DNA of 64,000 bases from an uncultured Chloroflexia bacterium (GTDB taxonomy: Bacteria; Chloroflexota; Dormibacteria; Aeolococcales; Aeolococcaceae). Of this stretch, positions 36,310-46,579 are shown piece after piece. Position numbers and translations under genes: made by a program. Under the pieces are notes generated by a model. That model saw only the letters and a list, made by a program, of their open reading frames with translations. It did not search any database and was not told the DNA's origin. The stretch spans positions 23,489 through 87,488 of the forward strand of contig CAWCBS010000007.1 in assembly GCA_963793875.1 (NCBI GenBank), in the 5' to 3' direction. How positions within the stretch are numbered: the stretch's first letter is position 1; each line of letters opens with the position of its first letter.

Positions 36310-37056
36310 ATGCCCTCCGTCGAACGGCGCGGCGGTCCACGCAGCAACCGGATCCTGGACGCCCTCCCGGCGGCTGACCGCCAGCGCCTCACGGCCGGCA
36401 TGGTCCCGGTGGCGCTCGGCATCAAGACCGTGCTCTTCGAGCCGGGCGAGCCGATCCCCGCCGTCCACTTCCCCCTGGACGGGGTGATCTCGCTGGTCAC
36501 GCCCCTGGACGATGGCGCCATCGTCGAGGTCGCCACCGTGGGCAACGAGGGCATCGTGGGCGTGCCCATGGTGGTGGGGGGCTCGCTCAACGTGCGCGCC
36601 ATCTCGCAGGTCTCGGGCAACGCGCTGCGCCTGGATGCCGGCGCCTTCCTCGAGGAGCTGGGGCGCGGAGGGGCGTTCGCCGTCATCGTCCACCAGTACG
36701 AGCAGGCGCTCTTCGGCCAGATCGCCCAGGCGGCCGCCTGCAACCGGCTCCACACCAATGAGGAGCGGTTGAGTCGCTGGCTGCTGATGAGCCACGATCG
36801 GGTGGGCGTCGACGACTTCGCGATCACCCATGAGTTCCTGGGCCAGATGCTGGGCTCACGCCGGGCGACCGTGACCCTCTCGGCCGGGATCCTCCAGGCC
36901 GCCGGGCTGATCCGCTACCACCGCGGTCACGTCACCATCCTCGATCGTGATGGTCTGGAATCCGTCTCCTGCGAGTGCTACGCGGTCATCAAGCAGCAGC
37001 TCGACCGGGTGGTGGAACCGTCCGGCAACGGCGAGCACCCGGGCGTCACCGCCTGA
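36310..37056 (+). CDS. Crp/Fnr-family transcriptional regulator
   Basis: cNMP-binding-like domain plus HTH ITHEFLGQMLGSRRATVTLSAGILQAAGLI. Confidence 0.87.
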   Translation: MPSVERRGGPRSNRILDALPAADRQRLTAGMVPVALGIKTVLFEPGEPIPAVHFPLDGVISLVTPLDDGAIVEVATVGNEGIVGVPMVVGGSLNVRAISQVSGNALRLDAGAFLEELGRGGAFAVIVHQYEQALFGQIAQAAACNRLHTNEERLSRWLLMSHDRVGVDDFAITHEFLGQMLGSRRATVTLSAGILQAAGLIRYHRGHVTILDRDGLESVSCECYAVIKQQLDRVVEPSGNGEHPGVTA

Positions 37057-37299
37057 TCCGTACGCCAGCGCGCAGACGGCAGGCAGGCGGGCCCATACTC
37101 TGACCAGCTTGTCAGACGCACGCTGTCCGCTCCTCCGTGCCCGTCGCGGATGGGGAGGTCGGGTGGCCGCCGTCACGTCACGTGGTTCGACGCAGCCACC
37201 CGACCCAGGGAATCTGACGCGGAAGACCGGAACCGACGGGTCGTCAGCGTGGCGCGCACCCGGGGGAGATGCCCAACCGAAGCTGCCGGCTCGCCGCCG

Positions 37300-38109
37300 A
37301 TGGAGGAGCGCTTCGTCGTCCTCGGCGGCAGGAGGGTGCGCTACCTCATCGGCGGCGAAGGCAAACCCCTGGTGCTCTGCCACGGCTTCATCAGCTCGGG
37401 CGAGGAGTTCGGCGGCCGCTTCGCGGCGCTGGCGGCCCAGCGCACCCTGATCGCCCCCGACCTCCCCGGCAACGGGCAGTCCGACCCCCTGAAGGTGCGG
37501 CACAGCGCGGAGGCGATGGCCGGCGCGGTCTGGGCTCTGCTCGCCCACCTCGACGTCCGCAGCTTCGACCTGGCCGGGCTCTGCCTGGGCGCGTCGGTCG
37601 CCTGCGCCATGGCCCGCGACCACGAGGCCGCCGTCGACCACCTGATCTTGCACACCCCGCTGCTCGGCGAGGCGCTGATCCGGGCGCAGTACCGGTGGCA
37701 GGTGCGGATCCTCGCCTCCCGGGCGCTCTGGCCCACGGTGGTGTGGCTCAGCCGGCAGCGCGCGGTCAGCGACCTGTACAAGCGGCTGGCCATCGAGGGT
37801 AAGGACGTGGACGCCTACACCGCCGACGTCAACTACCTCAACCAGCGCCGCGCCAACCCTCGGGCCGCCCGGGAGTGGCTCAACGACGCCCTCGGCCGCC
37901 AGGACCTGGAGCTGGTCCGGAGCCGCTCCAGGCCGACCATGATCATCGTCCCCGAGCACGATCGGCTGGTCAACGTCGGCCGCCTCCGCGACATGGTCGC
38001 GCCGCTCGGCAACGTCGAGTTGGTGGTCGACGGCCAGGGCGGGCACGGCTGGAGCCCGGACGCGGTGGGGCGGCATCTCGCCGCCATGAGGCTGGCCCTC
38101 GCCGACTGA
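37300..38109 (+). CDS. alpha/beta hydrolase
   Basis: GGEGKPLVLCHGFISSGEEFGG..., AGLCLGASVA, GQGGHGWSPDAVGRHL. Confidence 0.85.
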   Translation: MEERFVVLGGRRVRYLIGGEGKPLVLCHGFISSGEEFGGRFAALAAQRTLIAPDLPGNGQSDPLKVRHSAEAMAGAVWALLAHLDVRSFDLAGLCLGASVACAMARDHEAAVDHLILHTPLLGEALIRAQYRWQVRILASRALWPTVVWLSRQRAVSDLYKRLAIEGKDVDAYTADVNYLNQRRANPRAAREWLNDALGRQDLELVRSRSRPTMIIVPEHDRLVNVGRLRDMVAPLGNVELVVDGQGGHGWSPDAVGRHLAAMRLALAD

Positions 38110-38240
38110 TTCGGAGCGGGATCCCACCGATCGAGGTGGGCGCCGAATCCGAACCGATCCGGCCGGAACCTGCAATCGCACGCCGGCAACCGCCATGATG
38201 AGCAGGCGAGCCGCCCCGCGATCCCGCCTGGAGGCCGGCC

Positions 38241-39046
38241 ATGACGACCCTCCTGCTGGTGCATGCGCACCCGGATGACGAATCGATCCTCACCGGAGGG
38301 GTCATGCTCCACGCCCACCGGGATGGCCACCGAGGGTCCTGGTCACGGCGACCCGGGGGGAGGAGGGCGAGGTCCACCACATGGACGAGGCGGCGTCGCG
38401 CCCGCGCCTGGGAGAGATCCGGACCGAGGAGCTGCTCGCCGCCTGCACCATCCTGGGGGTGGACCGCCAGGAGTTCCTCGGCTACCGCGACTCAGGGTCG
38501 AGCGGGGCTCCGAGCAACGCTCACCCCCAGTCCTTCGACCGCGCGCCGCTGGGTGAGGCGGCGGCCCGGGTGGCGGTGATCCTGCGCAGCGAGCGCCCCG
38601 AGGTGGTGGTCACCTACACGTCGGACGGCACGTACCGTCACCCCGACCACCGCAAGGCCCACGAGACGACCATGGCCGCCCTGGACACGCTGGCCGGGGA
38701 GGGGTGGGCCCCGATCAAGCTGTACCTCAACGCGGTACCCCGCAGGTTCGTCTGCGGCATCGTCGCGGTGGCGCGGGATGCGGGCATCGCGCTCCCCGGG
38801 GAGCTGGGCCAGGCCGAGGGCGTCCCCGACGGCGAGATCACCACCGAGGTCGACGTCTGCGACGTGCTGGACCTCAAGCTGGCCGCCTGCGTCAGCCACC
38901 TCAGCCAGATGCACCCCGGGCTCGCCCTCGCCGCCCTGGCTGCCGAGCTCTTCGAGGCAGCCTTCGGCATCGAGCGATACGTCCTGGCTCGCGGCGTCCC
39001 GCTGCGGGACCGGCCGGAGCGCAGCCTCTTCGCCGGCGTTGGCTGA
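38241..39046 (+). pseudogene. PIG-L family deacetylase, frameshifted
   Basis: Frame 1 MTTLLLVHAHPDDESILTGGVMLHAHRDGHR, then a different frame VLVTATRGEEGEVHHMDEAASRPRLGEIRTEELLAA...; family motifs HPDD and HPDH present. Confidence 0.8.
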
Positions 39047-39114
39047 GCAGCCCCGCCGCGTGTGGCCGCCGACCGGCGCGGTGACCCGCGCCGGCCGGTG
39101 GACCTCATCGAGTG

Positions 39115-39315
39115 CTAGGCGGCGCGCACCTGACGCGCGCGCGGGCCCTTGTCACTCGTCTCGACGGCGAAGCTCACGCGCTCGCCGACCGCCAGGCTCT
39201 CGAAGTTGAGCGACGGGTCGAGTCCGCTGCGGTGGAAGAAGTACTCCGCGCCATCCTCAGCGGTGATGAAACCAAAGCCGCGCTCCTGCACGACTTTCTT
39301 GACGGTACCAGTCAT
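39115..39315 (-). CDS. cold shock domain protein (CspA family)
   Basis: TGTVKKVVQERGFGFITAEDGAEYFFHRSGL. Confidence 0.93.
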   Translation of the reverse strand: MTGTVKKVVQERGFGFITAEDGAEYFFHRSGLDPSLNFESLAVGERVSFAVETSDKGPRARQVRAA

Positions 39316-39537
39316 GCCTGGTCTCTCCTGTCCTTCTCGGATCACTCACGACGCGCGGGTCCGTTCGAGAAGGGGAAGACCACGAGCGACTCCCGCCCGA
39401 ATTGGGCGGCTCCCCGTAGCGTACCCCAATCCCGGGAAACCACGCGGTCCGCGACCCATCCGTGCCGGGTTCGGCGCGTCAGCCACGATCTCTCCGCCTG
39501 GGGCCGGGGGCGACCCCGGCCGTGGCCGGCCGGCGGG

Positions 39538-39981
39538 TCAGGCCCGGGTGGCCAGCAGGACCGGGATCTGACGCGAGGTCTTGGTCTGGTACTCGGCGTA
39601 CGGGGGGTAGGCGGCGACCGCCCGCTCCCACCACACCGCCCGCTCGTCTCCACTCAGCTCGCGGACCGCGACGTCGAACGGCGCCGGGCCGTCCTGGATC
39701 ATCACCTCGGTGGGGCTGGCGGCCAGGTTGTGATACCACTCCGGGTTCTCGGGGGTCCCCCCTTTGGAGGCCACGATCGCGTACTCGCCGCCGTGCTCGA
39801 CGCGCATCACCGCGATCTTGCGGACCTTGCCGGAGCGGTGACCGCGCATGGTGACGATGATCACCGGCCAGCCGGTGTCGCCCAGCGTGTTGCCCCGCGT
39901 CCCACCGGACAACTCGTACTCGGCGACCTGGTCGCGCACCCACTGGGCGGGGCTGGGCTCGTACTCACCGCTGACGGGCAT
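39538..39981 (-). CDS. deazaflavin (F420)-dependent nitroreductase-family protein
   Basis: GNTLGDTGWPVIIVTMRGHRSGKVRKIAVMRVEHGGEYAIVASKGGTPENPEWYHNLAA. Confidence 0.9.
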   Translation of the reverse strand: MPVSGEYEPSPAQWVRDQVAEYELSGGTRGNTLGDTGWPVIIVTMRGHRSGKVRKIAVMRVEHGGEYAIVASKGGTPENPEWYHNLAASPTEVMIQDGPAPFDVAVRELSGDERAVWWERAVAAYPPYAEYQTKTSRQIPVLLATRA

Positions 39982-40057
39982 GGAGGGAGTTTAAGCCGCG
40001 CCCGCGCCCCGGCGCCATCCCGGGCCCCGCCCCGGGCGCGCCCCCGACCGGCGGAGA

Positions 40058-40484
40058 TCAGGCGTAGGCCCGCGCCTGGAGCTGGAAGAGATCGGCGTAG
40101 AGGCCCCCCGCCGCCATCAGCTCGCGGTGGGAGCCGAACTCGATCAGCCGGCCGTGCTCCAGCACCGCGATCAGATCGGCCATCAGCACCGTGGAGAAGC
40201 GGTGCGAGACCAGCACGGTGACCCCGCCCACCTCCCGGCTCGCCCGCCCCGCCGAGGTTCGCGTAGCGCTCGAAGAGGCTGTGCTCCGCGGAGGCGTCCA
40301 GCGCTGCCGCCGGCTCGTCGAGGATCAGCAGGAGCGGGGTCCGGCGCATCAGGGTGCGGGCCAGGCCGACGGTCTGCCACTGACCGCCGGAGAGCTCGGC
40401 GCCGTGCTCATACTCGCGGCCCACGTAGCCGGCGAGGCCGCCGCTCACCACGCGCACCACCCGCTCGGCGTGGGCGTCGGCCAC
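40058..40484 (-). pseudogene. ABC transporter ATP-binding domain fragment, frameshifted
   Basis: [34 protein letters not shown], then a frame change to [35 protein letters not shown]; no TM domain or Walker A upstream. Confidence 0.75.
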
Positions 40485-40585
40485 CGCGGCGGCGACGGCC
40501 GGCGGATCGGAGAGCCGGGGGACGTCACCCAGGCCGGCCTCCGTCTCGGAGCTCGGCGCGGCGAGCGCGGGTATCCTCTCCGCTC

Positions 40586-41266
40586 ATGGAGCCGGGACTC
40601 TCGGTGGTGTGCGGGGCGAGCGGGGGACTGGGTCCCGCGGTCCTCGACGCCATGACCGCGTTCGGCGATCCGGTGGTCGGGGTCGCGTCGCCGCGCTCCG
40701 ACCCCGAGCGGCTGGCGGCGCTGAGGCCCGGGGTCCGCTGGGAACGCGCCGAGCTCTCCGACCCGGCGGCGGTCGAGGCGCTCTGGGCCCGTGTCGACGC
40801 CCTCGGCGAGGTGCGGCGGCTGGTCAACGTCACCGGCGGCTTCGCCCCCGGCACGGTCGCCGGCGGCTCACCGGAGCTGGTGCGCCAGATGCTCCGGCTC
40901 AACCTCGAGACGGCGTGGTGGTCGTGCCGCGAGGCGGCCCGCCGGATGACCGCCGCGGGCGGCGGCGGGGCGATCGTCAACGTGGGCTCGGCGTCCGGAA
41001 TCCGGCTGGGTGGCGGCGCCGCCGCCTACGCGGTCTCCAAGGCCGCGCTCCACGCCCTGACCCGGGTGCTGGCGGCCGAGCTGGCCGGCGAACTGATCCG
41101 CGTCAACGCGGTGGCGCCGGGAACCATCGACACCCCTGCCAACCGGGCGTGGATGGGCGCCGCCGACCTCGCGGCCGCAGTCTCGCCGGAGCGCGTCGCC
41201 GCGACCATCGCCGCCCTCTGCTCGGGCGGCGACGGTGCCACCGGAACCGTGGTGGAGGTCGGCTGA
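40586..41266 (+). CDS. short-chain dehydrogenase/reductase family protein
   Basis: [38 protein letters not shown]. Confidence 0.88.
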   Translation: MEPGLSVVCGASGGLGPAVLDAMTAFGDPVVGVASPRSDPERLAALRPGVRWERAELSDPAAVEALWARVDALGEVRRLVNVTGGFAPGTVAGGSPELVRQMLRLNLETAWWSCREAARRMTAAGGGGAIVNVGSASGIRLGGGAAAYAVSKAALHALTRVLAAELAGELIRVNAVAPGTIDTPANRAWMGAADLAAAVSPERVAATIAALCSGGDGATGTVVEVG

Positions 41267-41333
41267 CCGCCCCACCCGCCGAGGGTCGCCCCCCGGGTCC
41301 TCGCGCCGGAGACGGACCGCCGTCCCGCGCGGC

Positions 41334-42266
41334 TCAGCCGGGCTTGAAGAACATGCCGATGAGGGCCGGTCCGAGCAGGATCACGAAGACGCAGGGGAAG
41401 ATGCAGCCCATCATCGGCATCAGCATCAGCACCGGAGCGCGGTGACCGGCCTCCTCGGCGCGCTGCTTGCGCTTGCGCCGCAGCTCCTCTGACTGGATGC
41501 GCAGCACGTTGACGACGCTCACCCCGAGTGGCTCCGACTGAACCACCGAACGGCAGAACTCGGTCAGCTCGTCGACGTCGTTGCGCTCGGCCATGGCCAT
41601 CATCGCCTCACCGCGCGGGCGGCCGAGCCGGATCTCGTTGAGCAGCTTCTGGAACTCCTTGGAGAGCAGTGACTCGTCCGACTCGCCGACCCGCATGATC
41701 GACATGTCCAACGACAGCCCGGCCTCCATGCAGACGGTGAGCAGATCCATGACGCCCGCCAGCGCGAGCTGGATGTCCTTCTGCCGCTTCTTCGCCTTGC
41801 GGTCCAGCGAGAGGGTCGGATACATGTACATGCCGATGACACCGGCCCCGATCAGGAGCAGGTTCTGGGGAGGCTTGAGGTCGGCGAGCTCGGCGAGGCC
41901 GAGGCAGACCGCCGCTCCCGCGAAGGGGAGGATGAGGCGGAGCGCCAGCAGCGTCTCGGGCCGCTGTCGTGAGCCCGACTTGGCGACCAGCTTGCGGAGC
42001 TGCTGGAGCTGTCCCTCCTTGGTCCGCTTGGCGATCATGTTGCCGATCCCGCTGAGCACCGGCAGCACCAACCGCTCGAAGGCGGGCTGGGTGAACTCGC
42101 CGGTCTCCAGATCGATGTCGTAGGTGACCGCGTTGGGCACGCTGGCCAGACGCTGCTCCAGGATGCTGCCGAGCGGTGCCGAGGGCACCATCAGCCAGAC
42201 GGCCAGGAACACCACCACGGCGATCACCGCGCCGGCGCCGACCAGGATCACGAGGTTGGAGCTCAT
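41334..42266 (-). CDS. tadC: type II secretion system F family protein (TadC-like)
   Basis: F-domain LAGVMDLLTVCMEAGLSLDMSI...; adjacent to TadB. Confidence 0.88.
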   Translation of the reverse strand: MSSNLVILVGAGAVIAVVVFLAVWLMVPSAPLGSILEQRLASVPNAVTYDIDLETGEFTQPAFERLVLPVLSGIGNMIAKRTKEGQLQQLRKLVAKSGSRQRPETLLALRLILPFAGAAVCLGLAELADLKPPQNLLLIGAGVIGMYMYPTLSLDRKAKKRQKDIQLALAGVMDLLTVCMEAGLSLDMSIMRVGESDESLLSKEFQKLLNEIRLGRPRGEAMMAMAERNDVDELTEFCRSVVQSEPLGVSVVNVLRIQSEELRRKRKQRAEEAGHRAPVLMLMPMMGCIFPCVFVILLGPALIGMFFKPG

Positions 42267-43234
42267 ACCTTCACGTTCACGATCTTGCGGATGATTCCGT
42301 AGCCGCAGAGGATCATGAAACCGGCCAGCCCGAGCATGATCTGTCCGGGGGTCGTCTTCAGCATCGGGTCGAAGTAGGTCGGGGCGATCAGCATCAGGAT
42401 CGCGGTCATGCCGAAGGGCAGGGCGATCAGCACCCACCCCGAGGCGCGGGCCTGGCCGGTGAGGGACTTGATCTCACCCTTGATCCGGATCCGCTCGCGC
42501 ACCGTGTACTCGATGGTGTCGAGGATGTGGGCGAGGTTGCCGCCCACCTGCGACTGGATCTGGACGGCGATGAGCATGAGGCGGAGGTCCTCCGAGTCGT
42601 TGCGATGGACCATCCGGGCGAGGGCCTCGTTCATGGGCAGGCCGAGCTGCACCTCGCGGGTCACCCTCCCCAGCTCCGCCCCCATCGGGACGGGGAGGTT
42701 CTTGGCCGCGAGGTCGACGGATTGCGCGAAGGTGTAGCCGGCCTTCATCGCGCCGCTGAGCTGGAGGATGGTCGGCGACAGCTGGGCGTTGAAGGCCTTG
42801 GTGCGCTTGGACTGGCGGTAGCGGAGGAAGAACTGCGCTCCCATGTACCCCACCAGCACCCCGATCGGGAAGAAGAGCAGGGCTCCGAAGCGGAGGTAGA
42901 GCAGGGCTCCCACCACCAGCGCGGTGCCCGCCGAGATCAGGATCCACTCGGTCGGTCGCACCTTGAGGTTGGCGCGGGCCAGCCGGTCGGCCAGGCGCGA
43001 GCCCCGATCGGTGCGCTCGAACCGGCTGCCGACCGCCGACTGGACCACGTGGCGGAGCTGGCCGACGGGATCACGCGGCGCCTGCGCCTCCTTGGTGACC
43101 AGCGGGGCCAGATCGCCGAGCTGGCGAAGCCGGTCGTGGAGCATCGAGTCCGCGCCCGGGAGGATGAACACGATGATGGCGAGGAAGAGGGCGAGCGCCC
43201 CGACGCCGGCAAGGAGGATGGCGGTCGAGCTCAT
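42263..43234 (-). CDS. tadB: type II secretion system F family protein (TadB-like)
   Basis: LPTILQLSGAMKAGYTFAQSVD..., ATGA overlap with the next gene. Confidence 0.87.
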   Translation of the reverse strand: MSSTAILLAGVGALALFLAIIVFILPGADSMLHDRLRQLGDLAPLVTKEAQAPRDPVGQLRHVVQSAVGSRFERTDRGSRLADRLARANLKVRPTEWILISAGTALVVGALLYLRFGALLFFPIGVLVGYMGAQFFLRYRQSKRTKAFNAQLSPTILQLSGAMKAGYTFAQSVDLAAKNLPVPMGAELGRVTREVQLGLPMNEALARMVHRNDSEDLRLMLIAVQIQSQVGGNLAHILDTIEYTVRERIRIKGEIKSLTGQARASGWVLIALPFGMTAILMLIAPTYFDPMLKTTPGQIMLGLAGFMILCGYGIIRKIVNVKV

Positions 43235-43261
43235 CTCGGATCGCTGCGGGCTCCCAGGCCC

Positions 43262-44134
43262 TCAGCCTCCGAAGTAGGTGTTGGGGGACGTCCCCGAGAT
43301 GCTCCCCGGCTGAGCTCCGATGGCGGGCACCGGCGAGGCGCCGGCGGTCGGGTAGTCGTTGGAGGAGACGATCAGGTACTGGAGGACGTCACTGTTGTCG
43401 GTGGCGGCGATCAGGGCGGCGGCATCCTGGGCCGGCAGCTCCACCATGAGCAGGGCGGAGGTGCTGGAGCTGGCCGCGCTCGACGAGGCGGCCGCCCCAG
43501 CACTGCTGGGGGCCGCGGTGGCAGCGCTCCCGGAACCCTGGCCGATGGCGAGGACCAGGACCTTCTGGTAACCCCAGTAGAGGGTGGTCCCGGTGGGGTT
43601 GTAGACGAGGATGTCGATCCGGTCGAGGGCTTGGATGTACCCGCCGGTTCCCTCGCCCGTGCCACTGCTGGCTTCGGGGGCGTAGGGGATCGACACCGCG
43701 ACGTAGCCGGAGGGGAGCACGGCCGGAAGCCCGGCGGCCGCCGGCGCCGCGCTGGCGGCGCTGGTCGTGACCATCGAGCTGAGCACGGGGAGCCCGGCGA
43801 AGATGGTGGTGGACGCGTAGTGAGTGGTCTGGGTGAGCGAGGCGATGGTCGTGTAGTCGGTGCCCCCGGCGGTGGTCAGGATGGTCATCAGGTTCTGGGG
43901 GACGGGCTTGGTGGTGAGGTCGGCCGCGGTGAGCGGGGCGCCCGCGGCGATGTTCGAGGCGGCCTCGACCACGGTCACGTTCGGAATGGGCGGGGTGGTG
44001 TTGTTGGTGGAGTTCCCGGTGGAGGTCGGGGTCTTACCCGTGTACTCCATGGCGAGATAGAAGGCGCCCGCCGCGATGAGGGCGGCGACGACGGCGACGA
44101 GAGCGCGGCGGCGGCGCTGAGCACTGACAGCCAC
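43262..44134 (-). CDS. cpaB: Flp pilus assembly protein CpaB/RcpC-like
   Basis: N-terminal TM plus SAF-like region NIAAGAPLTAADLTTKPVP; located before tadB. Confidence 0.8.
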   Translation of the reverse strand: MAVSAQRRRRALVAVVAALIAAGAFYLAMEYTGKTPTSTGNSTNNTTPPIPNVTVVEAASNIAAGAPLTAADLTTKPVPQNLMTILTTAGGTDYTTIASLTQTTHYASTTIFAGLPVLSSMVTTSAASAAPAAAGLPAVLPSGYVAVSIPYAPEASSGTGEGTGGYIQALDRIDILVYNPTGTTLYWGYQKVLVLAIGQGSGSAATAAPSSAGAAASSSAASSSTSALLMVELPAQDAAALIAATDNSDVLQYLIVSSNDYPTAGASPVPAIGAQPGSISGTSPNTYFGG

Positions 44135-44377
44135 TGTTTCCTTCCTGTCGTTCCGCGATGGGCACCGGTCCCCGGAAGCTCCGAGCCGTGGGGAGACCGC
44201 ACGGTCCTGAGGGTCCTGGGGTGGATCCGTTCTGCAGATCGTGCAGGGACGTCAAGGTGGGCGAACGAGCGCGTCATCGAACTGTGAATGCCCTGCGGCA
44301 TCTCGGGCACCCGGTGACGGACGGGTGGTTACCGCGTGCCGGGATGGACGCTCCGCCCCGCTTGGTAGCATCCGGGC

Positions 44378-45046
44378 GTGTCGCAGCGCGCCCGGCTCTA
44401 CCTCGTCCGCCACTGCGACGTCGCCAACCCGCGCCGGGTCCTCTACGGCTACCTGCCCGGCTTCGGCCTCAGTGAGAAGGGCCTCGCCCAGGCCGAGTCG
44501 CTCGGCGAGCGTCTCGCCGGACAGCCGATCCGGGCGATCCGGACCAGCCCCCTCGAACGGGCCCGGCAGACCGCCGGGATCATCGCCGGGCATCTCGACG
44601 CTCCGGAGGTGATCCCCGACGACGACCTGGTCGAGGCGCGCTTCAGCCTCTACCTCCAGAGCGTCCCGTACGCCCAGGTCCCGTGGCGCCGGCCGCTGTG
44701 GTGGGTGCACATGGTCTTTCCCGGCCTGCTCCGGCGGGACGAGAGCGTGACCAAGATGGCGGATCGCGTGGAGCGCTCCCTGCAGCGCCTGCTCGACAGC
44801 TTCCCCGAGGGGAGCGGGGTCTGCGTTAGTCATGGCGACCCCATCCAGGCCTTCTGGATCCGTCACCTGCGACGCCGGCCCTGGGCACTTCACCACCTCC
44901 AATGCGCCAAGGGCGGCATGCTGGTCGTCGATTACCTCGACCGGCGGCTGACGAGCGTCCACTACGTCGCCCCTCAGGTGGGGAGCGATCCGGCCGGCGC
45001 GGCGGCCGCGGACGGGACGCCGCCCGCGAGCCCCGCTCACGCCTGA
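44378..45046 (+). CDS. histidine phosphatase family protein
   Basis: YLVRHCDVANPRR..., RTSPLERARQTA, VSHGDPIQ. Confidence 0.86.
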   Translation: MSQRARLYLVRHCDVANPRRVLYGYLPGFGLSEKGLAQAESLGERLAGQPIRAIRTSPLERARQTAGIIAGHLDAPEVIPDDDLVEARFSLYLQSVPYAQVPWRRPLWWVHMVFPGLLRRDESVTKMADRVERSLQRLLDSFPEGSGVCVSHGDPIQAFWIRHLRRRPWALHHLQCAKGGMLVVDYLDRRLTSVHYVAPQVGSDPAGAAAADGTPPASPAHA

Positions 45047-45100
45047 CCGACCGAGGCTCAGCCCGCACATTCGCGTGGTCGGCCATTCGGCACCCGCACC

Positions 45101-45322
45101 ATGATTGCGGTCGCCATGTCGGCGTTCGTCAGCAAGGGGGACGACTTCGACCTCCTGCCGGCCGCCATCCATGGCGCGGACGTCATGCCCACGGAGTCGG
45201 ACTACCGGTTCCTCCTCCACCACCGCGCCACCGGGATGCTCCGGCGCTCCGAGCCGCGCGCCCTCGGCCTCGCGGGCCGGAGGAGCGCCGGCGGCTCGGC
45301 GGCCCTGGTCAACCCCGGCTGA
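45101..45322 (+). CDS. small hypothetical protein
   Basis: 73-aa ORF; no family assigned. Confidence 0.4.
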   Translation: MIAVAMSAFVSKGDDFDLLPAAIHGADVMPTESDYRFLLHHRATGMLRRSEPRALGLAGRRSAGGSAALVNPG

Positions 45323-45379
45323 GGTCACGGGGAGACCTCGGAGCGGGTGCCGCCCAGATCCCGGCGGGCCCGGCTGGGC

Positions 45380-46060
45380 TCATCCCTCGAGCAGCAGCCC
45401 CTGGGGATCGAAGACGGCGACCAGCTCCTCCACCGGGCCGGCTCCGGCCGGCCCTGCCACCTCGACGGCCACCCCGACCGGCACCAGGCGGAGATGGGCG
45501 GCGACGATCGCCGCCAGCCGGCCCCGGCTCCCCAGCAGCAGCGAGGTGACGTCGTAGCCGACCACGTCCTTGAGGACGGCGGCGCCGGCCATCATCGGTG
45601 CGCCGCCGGGAAGCACCGCCTCGATGCCGGTGAGGCTGCGCCGGGGCAGCTCGCCCCGGGCGACCAATTCGCCGACGTGCTCCGCGCCCGGGTGGGCGCC
45701 CAGGCCCGGCACGGCCATGCCGGCGGCGGCGAGTGCCGCGTCGAGCGCGGCCAGCGTCGCCCCCGCCTCCGCCCGAACGATCCCGCGCGGGGCGTCGACG
45801 CCGATCACCGCGAGCCCGGCGAGGCTGAGGACGGTCACCGCCTCCGAGCCGCTGACGCCGGTGGCGGAGCCGCTGCTGATCCGCAGGCGCAGGCGGTGCT
45901 CCTGGGCGATCCGCAGGACGGCGGCGACTCCGCCCGCTGAGGCGGGCACGAGAAGCGCGCCGTCCCGGAGCACGCATCCCGCCCCCAGGGCCTCGGTCAG
46001 CGCTCGGCGGAGGCTCGCGTCCACTGGCGGCTGAGTGTAGGGGTCCGCAACTGGCGTCCC
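45380..46060 (-). CDS. short FAD-binding (GlcE-like) oxidoreductase domain
   Basis: GGVAAVLRIAQEHRLRLRISSGSATGVSG..., GAAVLKDVVGYDVTSLLLGSRG; start uncertain, C-terminal domain absent. Confidence 0.6.
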   Translation of the reverse strand, partial: GTPVADPYTQPPVDASLRRALTEALGAGCVLRDGALLVPASAGGVAAVLRIAQEHRLRLRISSGSATGVSGSEAVTVLSLAGLAVIGVDAPRGIVRAEAGATLAALDAALAAAGMAVPGLGAHPGAEHVGELVARGELPRRSLTGIEAVLPGGAPMMAGAAVLKDVVGYDVTSLLLGSRGRLAAIVAAHLRLVPVGVAVEVAGPAGAGPVEELVAVFDPQGLLLEG

Positions 46061-46121
46061 CCGATCAGGTCCGCGGCCCTCCCCCCCTGCCGGCTCCGCC
46101 TCCCCGCAAGTGCCGACCCGG

Positions 46122-46316
46122 CTACGAGCTCTTGGGCTTGGCCCAGGTGACCACGGTGGTCTGACCGGGGCGCTCGCGGCGCGAGATGAGCTCCCAGCCG
46201 GCAGCGCCCAGGAGCTTCGCCTCGGCCCTGAGCTCCTCGTCGCTGTCGGCGCGCTCCAGCAGCAGCGAGCCATCGGGGAGGCGCTCGGCGCTGGCCAGAT
46301 CTTCCGCGGAGAGCAT
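46122..46316 (-). CDS. small hypothetical protein
   Basis: 64 aa MLSAEDLASAERLPDGSLLLERADSDEELRAEAKLLGAAGWELISRRERPGQTTVVTWAKPKSS. Confidence 0.6.
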   Translation of the reverse strand: MLSAEDLASAERLPDGSLLLERADSDEELRAEAKLLGAAGWELISRRERPGQTTVVTWAKPKSS

Positions 46317-46579
46317 GGGCTGAGAGTACGAGCACACCTCGGGCGCGCCGGGGATGGATGGGTGACGGAACGCCGATATCGGGTCACAAGGGGCACCACG
46401 GATCACACAGCGCCGCGTCGGCCGGTGGCGCTGCCACCGGCGGGCATGGCCTCCACCCCACGACCGGATGACGCCTTCAGTAACATGCGCGAGGGCGCCC
46501 GCATTCACTCGCGACGCGCGACGGGGGGCGCCCGTGGGGAGGCGGGGTTGGCTGGTTCTGGATTCCTGGGGCGGGGGCC

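Noticed and set aside
34258-36831. 857-aa minus-strand ORF antisense to the histidine kinase
   Set aside because: Same artefact; the sense strand encodes a coherent PBP1-HisKA-HATPase protein.
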